A DNA stretch of 64,000 bases from Syntrophales bacterium (GTDB lineage: Bacteria > Desulfobacterota > Syntrophia > Syntrophales > UBA2192). How positions within the stretch are numbered: position 1 is the first letter of the stretch; each line of letters opens with the position of its first letter. Below are positions 9,784 through 23,104 of the stretch, one piece after another. The notes under the pieces are model-generated. The model worked only from the letters and a program-made list of their open reading frames with translations. It did not search any database and was not told the DNA's origin. The position numbers and the translations under genes are program-made. The stretch covers positions 7,597 to 71,596 of the forward strand of contig DAOTMG010000005.1 in the NCBI GenBank assembly GCA_035450185.1, written 5' to 3'.

Positions 9784-10899
9784 GTGCCGGAATCGACGTG
9801 CGTGAACCCTTATCCATCAGAGAGCGTCTCTTTGCACAACCCGGCCCCCCCCGCCCGAAGACCTCGTCGTGACTCGAGGAACAGGGGCAAGACGATTGTC
9901 GGTATCACCTACGATCTCCGGGAGGACTACCTCCGGGAGGGTTACAGTGAAGAGGAAACGGCGGAGTTCGATCAACCTTCCACGATCGACGCCATTGATC
10001 AGACCCTGCGGTCTCTCGGATTCCGGACGGACCGCATCGGCCATGTCCGGAACCTGACGCGGCGCCTCGCGCGTGGAGAGCGCTGGGACATCGTCTTCAA
10101 CATCGCCGAAGGCATGTACGGTCTCGGGAGAGAGGCGCAGGTCCCGGCCCTGCTGGACGCCTACGGCATCCCCTACACCTTCTCGGACGCGCTCGTCCTT
10201 GCCCTGACCCTCCACAAAGGGCTGACCAAGCACGTGCTGCGGGATCTCGGCATCCCGACGGCGGACTTCGCCGTCGTCACCCGTGACGCCGACGTCGAGC
10301 GTGTCCGCCTCCCCTTGCCGCTCTTCGTCAAGCCTGTCGCCGAAGGGACGGGGAAGGGCGTCACCGTGGCATCGAAGGTCCGCCACCGGCGCGAGCTGCG
10401 ACGGCTGTGCCGGGAGCTGATAAAGCGTTACAGCCAACCCGTCATCGTGGAGACCTTCCTCCCCGGCCGCGAGTTTACCGTGGGGATCATCGGAACGGGA
10501 AAGGATGCCAGGGCCGTCGCAGTGCTCGAAATCGCTCTCCGGGCCGAGGCGGAACGGGGGGTCTATTCGTACCTCAACAAGGAACACTGCGAAACCCTCG
10601 TGGATTACTTCCTGGCCCATGATGCCGAGGCCCGGCGGGCCGCGGACGTGGCCCTCGCCGCATGGCGTGCGCTGGGTTGCCGGGATGCCGGCCGGGTGGA
10701 TCTGCGATCGGACGGCAGGGGTGAACCGAACTTCATCGAGGTCAATCCCCTGGCGGGGCTCCATCCCACACACTCGGACCTGCCCATTCTGTGCAACCTG
10801 GCCGGTCTGAGCTATCGGAAGCTCATCCGCGCGATCATGGACTCGGCACTGAAGAGGATTCCCCGGACGCCGACGGGCGGTGCCGCCGGGAACATATGA
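9784..10899 (+). CDS. ATP-grasp ligase, D-Ala-D-Ala ligase-like family (paralogue 1)
   Basis: GTG start 27 nt after kamA. Ddl-like central and C-terminal ATP-grasp motifs (LFVKPVAEGTGKGV, EFTVGIIG, GRVDLRSD..NFIEVNPLAG). Confidence 0.8.
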   Translation: MPESTCVNPYPSESVSLHNPAPPARRPRRDSRNRGKTIVGITYDLREDYLREGYSEEETAEFDQPSTIDAIDQTLRSLGFRTDRIGHVRNLTRRLARGERWDIVFNIAEGMYGLGREAQVPALLDAYGIPYTFSDALVLALTLHKGLTKHVLRDLGIPTADFAVVTRDADVERVRLPLPLFVKPVAEGTGKGVTVASKVRHRRELRRLCRELIKRYSQPVIVETFLPGREFTVGIIGTGKDARAVAVLEIALRAEAERGVYSYLNKEHCETLVDYFLAHDAEARRAADVALAAWRALGCRDAGRVDLRSDGRGEPNFIEVNPLAGLHPTHSDLPILCNLAGLSYRKLIRAIMDSALKRIPRTPTGGAAGNI

Positions 10900-10945
10900 C
10901 TTTCCGGTCCTTTCTCCGGATGGACCGGCCGATGATCACCGGATT

Positions 10946-11932
10946 ATGAGAATCGCCGTTCTCCACAATGACGTTCCGGACACAGCCCCCCCGGACGAAA
11001 AAGACGCCCTTCTGCAGGCGGAGGCTGTCCGTTCCGCCCTGCTGACACTCGGTCACGAGACCGTCCTGATCCCCTTTCCGATGGATATCCGGGAGGTCGT
11101 CGAAAGATTCTCCCGGCAGAGGCCCGACGGGGTCTTCAACCTCGTCGAGTCCGTCGGCGGCCAGGGACGGTTCATCCACCTGGCACCGGCGGTGCTGGAC
11201 GCCCTATCGACACCCTATACGGGATCGCCGACATCAGCCGTTTTTCTGACTTCCCACAAACTCGAAACCAAAAAGCGTCTCCGATCGGCCGGTCTGCCCA
11301 CCCCTCCGTGGCACTCGACAGACGATGCTTCGGCCGACACCCCTGTTTCCGGCGTTCCCTTCATCATCAAATCGGTCTGGGAACACGCCTCCATCGGGCT
11401 GGGTGACGATTCCATCATCGTACCCGCGGACGCAGGGGAGTTGCAGGTTGAACTGGAAAAAAGGAAGGAACAGCTGGGCGGCGAGGCCTTTGCGGAACGC
11501 TATATCGACGGCCGCGAGTTCAATCTCTCCCTCCTCGAAAGAAAGGAGGGGGTTTCGGTCCTGCCGCCGGCGGAGATCCTGTTCAGGGATTTCCCGGCCG
11601 ACAAGCCCCGGATCGTCGGATACCGTGCGAAATGGGACGAGGGGGCGCACGAATACCACAACACCCCCCGCAGTTTCGACTTCCCCGCGGGGGACCGGGA
11701 GCTGCTCGAGAGGCTCAAGACCCTTTCGAGATCCTGCTGGGATCTCTTCGGACTCAGGGGGTATGCCCGTGTGGATTTCCGGGTGGATCGCAAAGGCGTT
11801 CCCTGGATTCTGGAAATCAACACCAATCCCTGCCTGACGCCGGACAGCGGCTTCGTGGCGGCCGCGGCGGAAAGCGGTCTTGATTATACCGATCTCATCG
11901 CCGAGATTGTTGCCGGGGCTTTTCGTCGGTGA
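10946..11932 (+). CDS. ATP-grasp ligase, D-Ala-D-Ala ligase-like family (paralogue 2)
   Basis: ATG at 10946 (MRIAVLHNDV) is preferred over the overlapping upstream start. ATP-grasp motifs present (FIIKSVWEHASIG, GREFNLSLL, ARVDFRVD..WILEINTNP). Confidence 0.8.
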   Translation: MRIAVLHNDVPDTAPPDEKDALLQAEAVRSALLTLGHETVLIPFPMDIREVVERFSRQRPDGVFNLVESVGGQGRFIHLAPAVLDALSTPYTGSPTSAVFLTSHKLETKKRLRSAGLPTPPWHSTDDASADTPVSGVPFIIKSVWEHASIGLGDDSIIVPADAGELQVELEKRKEQLGGEAFAERYIDGREFNLSLLERKEGVSVLPPAEILFRDFPADKPRIVGYRAKWDEGAHEYHNTPRSFDFPAGDRELLERLKTLSRSCWDLFGLRGYARVDFRVDRKGVPWILEINTNPCLTPDSGFVAAAAESGLDYTDLIAEIVAGAFRR

Positions 11933-12080
11933 AATGCCGGTTTCAAAAAAGGCGGTCGCTTCACATTCACGATCAGGAAACAGGGGGAGACTGCGTCGGG
12001 TGGGACGACGGTCGGGGTTGACGTCCCGAAAGGGTATTTCGAGGTCTTTCTCTTCGATGGCGCAGACGCCTGTGACACCC

Positions 12081-12272
12081 TCAGGGGCCGGTGTACTTCA
12101 GTTCGTTGCCGAGATCGTTTTTTTCAGTGATCACGCCATCGGGACTGTCGATCTCGAAATGATACGCCGTGATGAATCCGTCCGATCTCAATTTTTTGCC
12201 GATCGCCAGAAGAATACGCTGGGCATCCGTGGGGGTCGCCGCCAGCACATCCAGCTGCATTGTCGCTTTCAT
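12081..12272 (-). CDS. Hypothetical 63-aa protein
   Basis: ATG at 12272 with GGGGGAA 8 nt upstream and GC3-rich codon usage. No recognisable motif. Confidence 0.4.
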   Translation of the reverse strand: MKATMQLDVLAATPTDAQRILLAIGKKLRSDGFITAYHFEIDSPDGVITEKNDLGNELKYTGP

Positions 12273-12323
12273 GAAAAGGTTCCCCCGTAAATGATTCGCC
12301 GGGCCGACAACGGGCAAAGCGCA

Positions 12324-12355
12324 AAAGGGTTTCGGTCCGCGGACCGAAACCCTTT
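12324..12355. terminator. Bidirectional intrinsic terminator
   Basis: Perfect 15-bp inverted repeat AAAGGGTTTCGGTCC-GC-GGACCGAAACCCTTT with T-rich tracts on both strands. Immediately downstream of tRNA-Asp on the minus strand. Confidence 0.75.
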
Positions 12356-12364
12356 GTTATTTTC

Positions 12365-12444
12365 TGGCGGGGCCGATGGGATTTGAACCCACGCCCTCCG
12401 ACGTGACAGGCCGGCGTTATAACCAAGCTTAACTACGACCCCGC
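12365..12444 (-). tRNA. tRNA-Asp (anticodon GTC), CCA encoded
   Basis: Reverse complement is GCGGGGTCGTAGTT..CCTGTCACG..GGTTCAAATCCCATCGGCCCCGCCA. Cloverleaf and anticodon loop CT-GTC-AC were read by eye. Confidence 0.93.
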
Positions 12445-12457
12445 ATTTCAAGCCATA

Positions 12458-12533
12458 TGGTAGGCGGAACAGGACTTGAACCTGTGACATCCACGGTGTA
12501 AGCGTGGCGCTCTCCCAGCTGAGCTATCCGCCC
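12458..12533 (-). tRNA. tRNA-Val (anticodon TAC), CCA encoded
   Basis: Reverse complement is GGGCGGATAGCTCAGCTGGGAGAGCGCCACGCTTACACCGTGG..GGTTCAAGTCCTGTTCCGCCTACCA. Confidence 0.93.
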
Positions 12534-12568
12534 CTGTGAATGCATTCGCCTGAGAAAAAGTGTGGACT

Positions 12569-12597
12569 CTTTAACCATTCCGGCGGTGAATTGTCAA
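12569..12597 (-). promoter_or_regulatory. Sigma-70-like promoter for the tRNA-Val/tRNA-Asp unit
   Basis: On the minus strand: TTGACA, 17 nt, TTAAAG. About 36 nt upstream of tRNA-Val. Confidence 0.55.
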
Positions 12598-12675
12598 GCC
12601 GTAAATGCTTCGCGGCACCGGCAGGCAAATCCATCGGACGCTGTTTTGCGCTCCGGCACGACGACAGGGACCCCC

Positions 12676-15093
12676 TCAGGCGTGGATCGGGACCCGTTTC
12701 GCCACCGGCTCCCGCTCCGGTCTGTCTTCCTGAGGCTCAGGGGCCGGTTTCTCCATGAAGGCCACCTTCAGCACCTCGTCTACATTTTCCACATACACGA
12801 TTTCAAGAGCTTTCAGCACGTTGCCGGGAATGTCCACCATGTCTTTTTCATTCTCCCGCGGGATAATGACGGTCTTGATGTTCCCCCGGTGGGCCGCCAG
12901 GAGTTTTTCCTTGACGCCGCCGATGGGCAGGACGCGACCCCTCAGGGTGATCTCGCCGGTCATGGCAAGGTCTCCCCGGACCTTGCGCTTGAGAAGCGCC
13001 GAGGCGATGGATGTGGCGATGGCGATCCCGGCCGAGGGTCCGTCCTTCTGAATGGCCCCTTCGGGCACATGAACATGGATGTCCCTTTCTTTGTATGAGC
13101 TCTCGTCAATGCCGAGCACGTCGGCTCTCGAGCGGACATAGGTGAGGGCCGCCTGCGCCGATTCCTGCATCACGTCGCCCAGCTTGCCCGTCAGGGTCAG
13201 TTTCCCCGACCCGGGCATCGTGGTGGCCTCCACCGTCAGGAGTTCCCCGCCCACCTCGGTCCAGGCCAGTCCGATCGTCAACCCCACGGAATCCTTCCCC
13301 TCGGTTTCGCCAAAACGGAATTTCGGAACCCCCAGATATTTTTCAACGGATTTCGACGAGATCTTGATCGTCCCCTTGTGACCGTTGGTGACGATCTCGC
13401 GTGCCACCTTCCGGCAGATGGAAGCGATCTCTCTCTCGAGGTTGCGGACACCCGCTTCCCGCGTGTAGCGCCGGATGACCTCCAGAATGGACCCGTCGGT
13501 GAAGAGGATGTCGTTGGACGTCAGCCCGTTGGCCTCCAGCTGTTTGGGAACGAGAAACTTCTTGGCGATGTTGAGCTTCTCGGGCTCCGTGTACCCGGCG
13601 ATCCGGATCACCTCCATCCGGTCCTGAAGGGCCGCCGGGATGGTCTGGAGGATGTTGGCTGTCGTGATGAACATCACGTCGGACAGGTCATAGTCGACCT
13701 CCAGGTAGTTGTCGTTGAAGGCCGTGTTCTGCTCGGGATCCAGAACCTCCAGGAGCGCCGCCGAGGGGTCCCCCCGGAAATCGGAGCTCAGCTTGTCGAT
13801 TTCGTCGAGGCAGAAGACGGGATTGCTCGTCCCGGCCTTCTTCAGAAGCTGGATGATCTTGCCGGGCAGGGCGCCGATGTAAGTTCGCCGGTGACCCCGG
13901 ATCTCCGCCTCGTCCCTCAATCCACCCAGGGACAAACGGACGAAACGCCGGTTGGTGGCCCGGGCAATGGACTTGGCGACGGAGGTCTTGCCGACACCGG
14001 GAGGTCCGACAAGGCAGAGGATCGACGCCTTGTTCTTCTTGACCAGCGACTGCACCGCCAGGTACTCGAGGATCCTCTCCTTGACCTTCTTCAGACCGTA
14101 GTGATCCTCTTCCAGGATCTGCTCCGACTCTTTCAGGGTGTGCTTGTTCTCCGTTTTCTCCGCCCAGGGCATGTCGAGCAGCCAGTCGATGTAATTCCTC
14201 ACGACCGTGGCTTCGGCCGACATGGGGGACATCATCTTGAGTTTCTTGATTTCGTGCCTGACTTTCTTGTGCGCCTCCTCGGAGAGCTTCTTCTGCTTGA
14301 GGCGCTTCTCGAGCTCCTCGATCTCGCTGCTCAGGTCGTCCTTGTCGCCGATCTCCTTCTGGATGGCCCTCATCTGCTCGTTGAGGTAATAATCCTTCTG
14401 GGTCTTCTCCATCTGCTTCTTGACCCTGCGCTTGATCCGTTCCTCCAGCTCGAGGATTTCCGTCTCCGAGAGGATCTGGGCGTAGATCTTCTCCAGTCGC
14501 TCGGCCACGTCGACGATCTCCAGGATGTTCTGCTTCTGGTCGAGCTTGACGTTGAGATGGGAGGCGACGACATCGGAGAGCTTGCCGGGCTGATCGATGC
14601 CGGCGATGGTGTCCAGCATTTCCGGCTGAATCTTCTTGCTGAGTTTCGCGTAGGCCTTGAAGGCGTCGACGACCAGGCGGATCAGGGCCTGCAGGTCCGA
14701 AAGGGACTTGCTGGAGGACTCCTCCACCTCCGATACGTTCACCAGAAAGTGGGTGTCATGCGCCAGATATTCGCGGATGACCCCGCGCTTCTTCCCCTCC
14801 ACCAGGGCCTTCACGGTCCCGTCGGGCAGGCGGAGGAGCTGGATGATCACCCCGATGGTCCCGATGCGGTAGATGTCGCCCTCGTCCGGGTCGTCCTTCT
14901 GGGCGCTTCTCTGCGCGACGAGAAATATCTCGTTTTCGTGTTTCATGGCCGACTCGAGGGCGCTGATGGACTTCTCTCGGCCCACAAAGAGGGGGACGAT
15001 CATGTAGGGGAAGACCACCACATCCCTCAGCGGCAGGAGCGGCACCTTGTATATCTTGTCCGTTTTCTTTCCGTCTTTCATAAAATCGAACAT
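12676..15093 (-). CDS. lon: ATP-dependent Lon protease
   Basis: 805 aa with LON N-domain, Walker [10 protein letters not shown] and the protease site KDGPSAGIA. Confidence 0.97.
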   Translation of the reverse strand: MFDFMKDGKKTDKIYKVPLLPLRDVVVFPYMIVPLFVGREKSISALESAMKHENEIFLVAQRSAQKDDPDEGDIYRIGTIGVIIQLLRLPDGTVKALVEGKKRGVIREYLAHDTHFLVNVSEVEESSSKSLSDLQALIRLVVDAFKAYAKLSKKIQPEMLDTIAGIDQPGKLSDVVASHLNVKLDQKQNILEIVDVAERLEKIYAQILSETEILELEERIKRRVKKQMEKTQKDYYLNEQMRAIQKEIGDKDDLSSEIEELEKRLKQKKLSEEAHKKVRHEIKKLKMMSPMSAEATVVRNYIDWLLDMPWAEKTENKHTLKESEQILEEDHYGLKKVKERILEYLAVQSLVKKNKASILCLVGPPGVGKTSVAKSIARATNRRFVRLSLGGLRDEAEIRGHRRTYIGALPGKIIQLLKKAGTSNPVFCLDEIDKLSSDFRGDPSAALLEVLDPEQNTAFNDNYLEVDYDLSDVMFITTANILQTIPAALQDRMEVIRIAGYTEPEKLNIAKKFLVPKQLEANGLTSNDILFTDGSILEVIRRYTREAGVRNLEREIASICRKVAREIVTNGHKGTIKISSKSVEKYLGVPKFRFGETEGKDSVGLTIGLAWTEVGGELLTVEATTMPGSGKLTLTGKLGDVMQESAQAALTYVRSRADVLGIDESSYKERDIHVHVPEGAIQKDGPSAGIAIATSIASALLKRKVRGDLAMTGEITLRGRVLPIGGVKEKLLAAHRGNIKTVIIPRENEKDMVDIPGNVLKALEIVYVENVDEVLKVAFMEKPAPEPQEDRPEREPVAKRVPIHA

Positions 15094-15117
15094 GAGTATC
15101 TTTCTTCTCCGTTCAGC

Positions 15118-16374
15118 TTACGCCGTTTCCGACTTGGACTCGAATAAGAGGATGGGTTTCCCCTTGGAGACGACCACATCTTCGTTGATCACACATTCCT
15201 TCACATCCGTCCGCGAGGGGATATCGTACATGATGTCCAGCATGGTGTTCTCCAGTATGGCCCGCAGACCCCGCGCGCCGGACTTTCGCTCGACGGCGAG
15301 CCGGGCGATGGCCCGGACGGCCCCGTCGGTCAGTTTCAGTTTGACGTTTTCCATTTCAAAGATCTTCTGGTACTGCTTGACGATCGAGTCCTTGGGTTCC
15401 ACCAGCACGCGCATGAGGCTCTCCTCATCGAGCTCGTCCAGCGTGCTGATGACGGGAAGACGGCCCACGAATTCCGGGATGAGTCCGTATTTCAGGAGAT
15501 CTTCCGGCTGAACCTCCTTCAGGATCTCGCCGATCCTTTTTTCCTTCTTGCTCTTGATGTCGGCTCCAAACCCCATGAGACTGGAGCCGATCCTTTTCTG
15601 GATGATGTCCTCGAGGCCGACAAAGGCGCCGCCGCAGATAAACAGGATGTTGGTCGTGTCGACCTGGATGAACTCCTGCTGCGGGTGCTTTCGCCCGCCC
15701 TTCGGCGGGATGTTGGCGAGGGTCCCCTCGATGATCTTCAGAAGGGCCTGCTGAACGCCCTCCCCCGACACATCTCTCGTTATCGACGGGCTGCCTGATT
15801 TTCTTGAGATCTTGTCGATCTCGTCAATGTAAACGATGCCCTTGGACGCCTTTTCCACGTCATAGTCGGCGTTCTGCAGCAGACTGAGGATGATATTTTC
15901 CACGTCCTCTCCGACGTAACCGGCTTCCGTCAGGGAGGTCGCATCGGCGATCGCGAAAGGCACATTCAGGATTTTTGCCAGCGTCCTGGCGAGGAGCGTT
16001 TTTCCCGATCCCGTCGGGCCGATCAGGAGAATATTACTCTTCTGGAGCTCGACGCCGCCCAGGTCGATGTCCGTGAAAAGACGCTTGTAATGGTTGTAGA
16101 CGGCGACGGACAGAACCTTCTTCGTCCTCTCCTGAGCGATGACGTACTGGGCCAGGAACTTCTTGATGTCCCTCGGTTCGGGGATTCTCTTCTTGCCCTC
16201 CTCGATGCCCGCAATCTCTGTCTCTTCCTGGATGATGCAACGGCACAGTTCGATGCACTCATCGCAGATATACGCCGACGGGCCGGCAACGAGCTTTTTC
16301 ACCTCATTCTGCGTCTTGCCGCAGAATGAGCAGAAAAGGATCCCCCCTTCGCCGTCCTTGTTCTTCTTGGCCAT
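15118..16374 (-). CDS. clpX: ATP-dependent Clp protease ATP-binding subunit ClpX
   Basis: N-terminal zinc finger CSFCGK..CDEC, Walker A GPTGSGKT, and classical clpP-clpX-lon order. Confidence 0.97.
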   Translation of the reverse strand: MAKKNKDGEGGILFCSFCGKTQNEVKKLVAGPSAYICDECIELCRCIIQEETEIAGIEEGKKRIPEPRDIKKFLAQYVIAQERTKKVLSVAVYNHYKRLFTDIDLGGVELQKSNILLIGPTGSGKTLLARTLAKILNVPFAIADATSLTEAGYVGEDVENIILSLLQNADYDVEKASKGIVYIDEIDKISRKSGSPSITRDVSGEGVQQALLKIIEGTLANIPPKGGRKHPQQEFIQVDTTNILFICGGAFVGLEDIIQKRIGSSLMGFGADIKSKKEKRIGEILKEVQPEDLLKYGLIPEFVGRLPVISTLDELDEESLMRVLVEPKDSIVKQYQKIFEMENVKLKLTDGAVRAIARLAVERKSGARGLRAILENTMLDIMYDIPSRTDVKECVINEDVVVSKGKPILLFESKSETA

Positions 16375-16386
16375 GACTGCTCCCTT

Positions 16387-16983
16387 CTATTTCTTGACCA
16401 TTTGCCGTTTGGAAATGACCTCGTCGATGATGCCGTAGGACCTCGCCTGTTCTCCGCTCATATAATAATCACGTTCCGTGTCTTTTTCAATCTTCTCGAT
16501 CGACTGTTTTGTATGCAACGCCAGGATATGATTCAGTTCCTGACGGAGCCGCAAAATTTCTTTCGCCTGGATCTCCACATCCGTCGCCTGTCCCTCGAAC
16601 CCGCCGAGAGGCTGGTGGATCAAGATCCTCGAATGTGGCAGGGCATATCTCTTGCCGGCCTCTCCCGCCGCAAGGATAAGCGCTCCCATGCTCGCGGCCT
16701 GGCCCATGCAAACGGTGCAAACGGCCGGTTTGATGTACTGCATGGTGTCATAGATGGCGAGCCCCGCGCTTACGATCCCCCCGGGGGAATTGATATAAAA
16801 ATAGATGTCCTTGTCGGGGTCCTCCGATTCGAGGTACAGCATCTGGGCAATGATGAGATTCGCCACATCATCGTTGATCGGTACACCCAGGAAAATGATA
16901 CGGTCCTTGAGCAGCCTCGAGTAAATATCGAAGGCTCTTTCACCCCGTCCATCCTGTTCTATGACGATCGGTATCAGCGGCAT
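16387..16983 (-). CDS. clpP: ATP-dependent Clp protease proteolytic subunit
   Basis: 198 aa with the catalytic-Ser context GQAASMGA and the His context ILIHQP. Confidence 0.97.
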   Translation of the reverse strand: MPLIPIVIEQDGRGERAFDIYSRLLKDRIIFLGVPINDDVANLIIAQMLYLESEDPDKDIYFYINSPGGIVSAGLAIYDTMQYIKPAVCTVCMGQAASMGALILAAGEAGKRYALPHSRILIHQPLGGFEGQATDVEIQAKEILRLRQELNHILALHTKQSIEKIEKDTERDYYMSGEQARSYGIIDEVISKRQMVKK

Positions 16984-16989
16984 GTCCCC

Positions 16990-18297
16990 TCAAGCTTCCT
17001 TTTTCATGATAATATTAGCCCTGCTCTCGATAAAATCAAGGGTTTTTTCTTCCAATAATTTCAACTTGAAAGACTCCAACAAATTTTGTTGTTCGTACGA
17101 TTGTCGGATGGATTCATAGTTTTGTCTGTATCTCTGTCCAATTTCCTTTAACTTTTCTTCAACCTCTGCGTCATCTACCTGAATAGACTCTTTTTCGGCT
17201 ATTTTATGCAGCAGGAGGGTCGATTTGACGATTCGAACGGCATCCTCCTTGAACCGATCATGCAAATTCACCGCCATGCTTGCTGCCTGCTCGGGGTCCA
17301 TGCCCCCATAGACCATCCTCTTCTGGGCATCGACCATCATGTTCAGGATCTGTCGCTCCACATAGGCGGAAGGGACTTCAAAAAGATTGTTCTCCAGGAG
17401 TTTGTCCACGAGGCTTTTCCTCAACCCCGAACGGGCTTCCGACTCCTTCTGCTCCTGAGTCGACTTGCGAATGTCCTCTCTCAGGGCCGCCAGCGAGTCG
17501 TACTGATCAAAATTTTTGATGAAATCCTCATTCAGTTCCGGAAGAACCCTCACCTTGATGTCCTTGAGCAAGACCCGGAAGGTTGCCTCGCTGCCGGCCA
17601 GTTCCTTCGTGGGATAGTCCGACGGGAAGGGAATCGTAAATTCCCTGGAGTCTCCTTTCTTCATGCCGATCAGATGCTCCTCGAAACCGGGCATCAGCTT
17701 CCCGGCTCCGACCGTCAAACCATAGTTGTCTTCCGTCAATTCCTTCCGGAGTTCCCCGCCGATCCTCCCCTCGAAATCGACAAGAACATAATCCCCGCTG
17801 ATCACGCCCCTTTCCTCTTCCAGATCCTTCACCGAGCTGTACATGGACCTGAGATCCTGAAGCCTCAAATCCACGTCCTCGTCGGTTACGGACACGGCTC
17901 TTTTCTCGAGCGTGAGTTCCGTGTAGCCCCGGGGGTCAATGATCGGTTCGATTTCCACGGTGGCTTCGAAGCTGAAGCTCTTGTTCTCCTCGATCCCGTG
18001 CTGATCGATCTCGGGGTCCGCAACGGCGGTGATGCCGTTCTCCCGCAGCGCCTCCACGTAGGTATCATTCACCAGTTTTGTGATGGCCTCCCCTTCGGCC
18101 TGGTCTTTGAAGTAGGTTTCGAGAATCCTCCTCGGGGTTTTGCCCGGTCTGAACCCCTTGACCCTCGCTTTCCTGCCGACCGATTCATAGGCCCTGTCGA
18201 GCGCTTTTTTTACTTCCTCCCAGGGGATCTCAAAGGACAGTTTCTTCCTGACAGAACTGATCTCTTCAATTCTCACTTCAGCGGTTTTCACGACCAC
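16990..18297 (-). CDS. tig: Trigger factor
   Basis: About 433 aa with the GFRPGK ribosome-binding motif and a central FKBP domain. The start may be the GTG at 18291, which has a GAGGG RBS. Confidence 0.93.
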   Translation of the reverse strand: MVVKTAEVRIEEISSVRKKLSFEIPWEEVKKALDRAYESVGRKARVKGFRPGKTPRRILETYFKDQAEGEAITKLVNDTYVEALRENGITAVADPEIDQHGIEENKSFSFEATVEIEPIIDPRGYTELTLEKRAVSVTDEDVDLRLQDLRSMYSSVKDLEEERGVISGDYVLVDFEGRIGGELRKELTEDNYGLTVGAGKLMPGFEEHLIGMKKGDSREFTIPFPSDYPTKELAGSEATFRVLLKDIKVRVLPELNEDFIKNFDQYDSLAALREDIRKSTQEQKESEARSGLRKSLVDKLLENNLFEVPSAYVERQILNMMVDAQKRMVYGGMDPEQAASMAVNLHDRFKEDAVRIVKSTLLLHKIAEKESIQVDDAEVEEKLKEIGQRYRQNYESIRQSYEQQNLLESFKLKLLEEKTLDFIESRANIIMKKEA

Positions 18298-18325
18298 CCT
18301 CTTTTTCTTGAGTTATGTCCTGACC

Positions 18326-18412
18326 TGGTGCGAGAGAGGGGAGTCGAACCCCTACCCGCGCAAGCGGGCTGGATCCTAAGTCCAGTGCGTCTTCCAGTTC
18401 CGCCACTCTCGC
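18326..18412 (-). tRNA. tRNA-Leu (anticodon TAG), long variable arm, CCA encoded
   Basis: Reverse complement is GCGAGAGTGGCGGAACTGG..CTGGACTTAGGATCCAG..GGTTCGACTCCCCTCTCTCGCACCA, 87 nt. Confidence 0.92.
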
Positions 18413-18431
18413 CGCCGTCAGTCCTGGCGTT

Positions 18432-18460
18432 TATATAGTAACAACCCCTTCCGATGTCAA
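18432..18460 (-). promoter_or_regulatory. Sigma-70-like promoter for tRNA-Leu
   Basis: On the minus strand: TTGACA, 17 nt, TATATA. About 20 nt upstream of the tRNA. Confidence 0.6.
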
Positions 18461-18486
18461 CATGGATTCTGATGGCAGTATGATAT

Positions 18487-18509
18487 AAAAAAACCGCCAT
18501 TCCGGCGGT
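18487..18509 (-). terminator. Intrinsic terminator after tRNA-Pro
   Basis: Stem ACCGCC/GGCGGT with a 5-nt loop, followed by T7 on the minus strand. Confidence 0.75.
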
Positions 18510-18520
18510 TTAGAGCAAAA

Positions 18521-18597
<77 letters not shown>

Positions 18598-18605
18598 ACG
18601 GGGAG

Positions 18606-18634
18606 TTTGTACCATTCAATAAAAGCGCTGTCAA
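18606..18634 (-). promoter_or_regulatory. Sigma-70-like promoter for tRNA-Pro
   Basis: On the minus strand: TTGACA, 17 nt, TACAAA. 8 nt upstream of the tRNA 5' end. Confidence 0.6.
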
Positions 18635-18781
18635 GGGCTATCCGCCCGCTTACACCTGTAAAAGGCTGAAAAAAGCGCGGAAAACCCCGGGAGCGGCTCG
18701 GGCTGGGAAAGGGATGTCCGGCGATGTCTGAATGGTAACCTCTGACAGACCGTGCGGAGCCCTGATCGAGCTCCCTTGCTC

Positions 18782-19240
18782 TCAGGTCAGGTAGTCACCC
18801 CGGTTGAACTTGATCGACTCCACGGAGACCGTGACGAGAATCCGGTTGATCAGATCCCGTGCGGCGTCGCTTTCCGGGAGTGATTCCATGAGGGGAAGAA
18901 GTCGGTCTTTTTCGGTTTCCATCCCGACGACGAGCTCGTGAATATCCCTGAGGGAGTATCGCGGGTCGGCCAGCTTCGACGAGTAGTCATCGAGGACGGC
19001 GAGTAGTTTCTCGGCACGGCCGATGGTTTCCATCCGGCTGACCGCGCCGGGGTGCAGGATTCCCGAGACGGCGGGAAAGATCGTGTTATTCAAGGCCTTT
19101 GCGGGTACATCGGCGCCGGTTTCGCCAACGGCCTTCCTCAATAGCGTCTCAAAAGCGCTCTCTGACGACGACCCGGAATCTTTCCTCTTTTCCGCGGCGA
19201 TTTCAGCTGTGACGATGGAACCCGTCGGTGATACTTTCAT
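18782..19240 (-). CDS. Hypothetical protein (152 aa)
   Basis: Good RBS GGAGG 9 nt upstream and coding-like codon usage. No family could be assigned with confidence. Confidence 0.55.
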   Translation of the reverse strand: MKVSPTGSIVTAEIAAEKRKDSGSSSESAFETLLRKAVGETGADVPAKALNNTIFPAVSGILHPGAVSRMETIGRAEKLLAVLDDYSSKLADPRYSLRDIHELVVGMETEKDRLLPLMESLPESDAARDLINRILVTVSVESIKFNRGDYLT

Positions 19241-19301
19241 CGCTCTTTCCTCCCTGTCCCGGGGTCTCTGACCATACTATCGGACGAAGGGCCTTCGCGG
19301 T

Positions 19302-19478
19302 TTAGTCGTCCTGACCGGTAGTGCTCCCCTCGGGGCCCGTTGCTGCGATCGGTTTTTCCGGCTCCTTCTTGTATTTAATGCAATCTCTGCACCAGATTTC
19401 GTATCCGCATGCACCCCGGCAAGTATCGAAATCATCAGGGATATCGGGTTTTTGCTGCGTCTTTTTTTCTTCGTCCAT
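19302..19478 (-). CDS. Possible small ORF (58 aa, four Cys), below the ORF-track cutoff
   Basis: Minus-strand ATG at 19478 to TAA at 19302. Translation is MDEEKKTQQKPDIPDDFDTCRGACGYEIWCRDCIKYKKEPEKPIAATGPEGSTTGQDD. The RBS is weak. Confidence 0.3.
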   Translation of the reverse strand: MDEEKKTQQKPDIPDDFDTCRGACGYEIWCRDCIKYKKEPEKPIAATGPEGSTTGQDD

Positions 19479-19567
19479 CGGTCAGAGACCCCGTTCCGGG
19501 GTCCGCAGGTCTTCTCTTCAGTGTGATCCTGTTTCCCGTCGGCGGCGAGACCCTGAAGGCCCTTCGC

Positions 19568-22771
<3,204 letters not shown>

Positions 22772-22845
22772 AGACGGACCCTTGATCGTTTCTGTCGGTT
22801 GAACGGCGAATGGATTACAGACCACACCGCCTTAAAAGCTGCTGG

Positions 22846-22874
22846 AATATAAGGGAGCGCCGGGGGATTGTCAA
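22846..22874 (-). promoter_or_regulatory. Sigma-70-like promoter for carB
   Basis: On the minus strand: TTGACA, 17 nt, TATATT. About 75 nt upstream of the carB ATG. Confidence 0.6.
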
Positions 22875-23104
22875 GGCGAATTGTCTCTGTTTTTGCCGAT
22901 CGATGCAGCCCCTCACCGGTACCGAACGCAACCAGGTATTGCCGGGGATGTCTCGAAACACGAAATTACAATCGTCTTCCCATACAGCAAGATGCACGAA
23001 TGGCCTGAAGCATCGGATTCCACTTCCGGGAAGCCTGCGGGCCTTGCGCATAGAGGTCGTTAGAAGGGAAGGTCCGGGCATCCCGGCAGAGGCAAAAGGT
23101 TCTT

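Noticed and set aside
11181-11196. Sigma-54-like string TGGCACCGGCGGTGCT.
   Set aside because: It lies inside the coding region of ATP-grasp paralogue 2, and its -12 element is GTGCT rather than TTGCA.  It is probably a chance match in GC-rich sequence.
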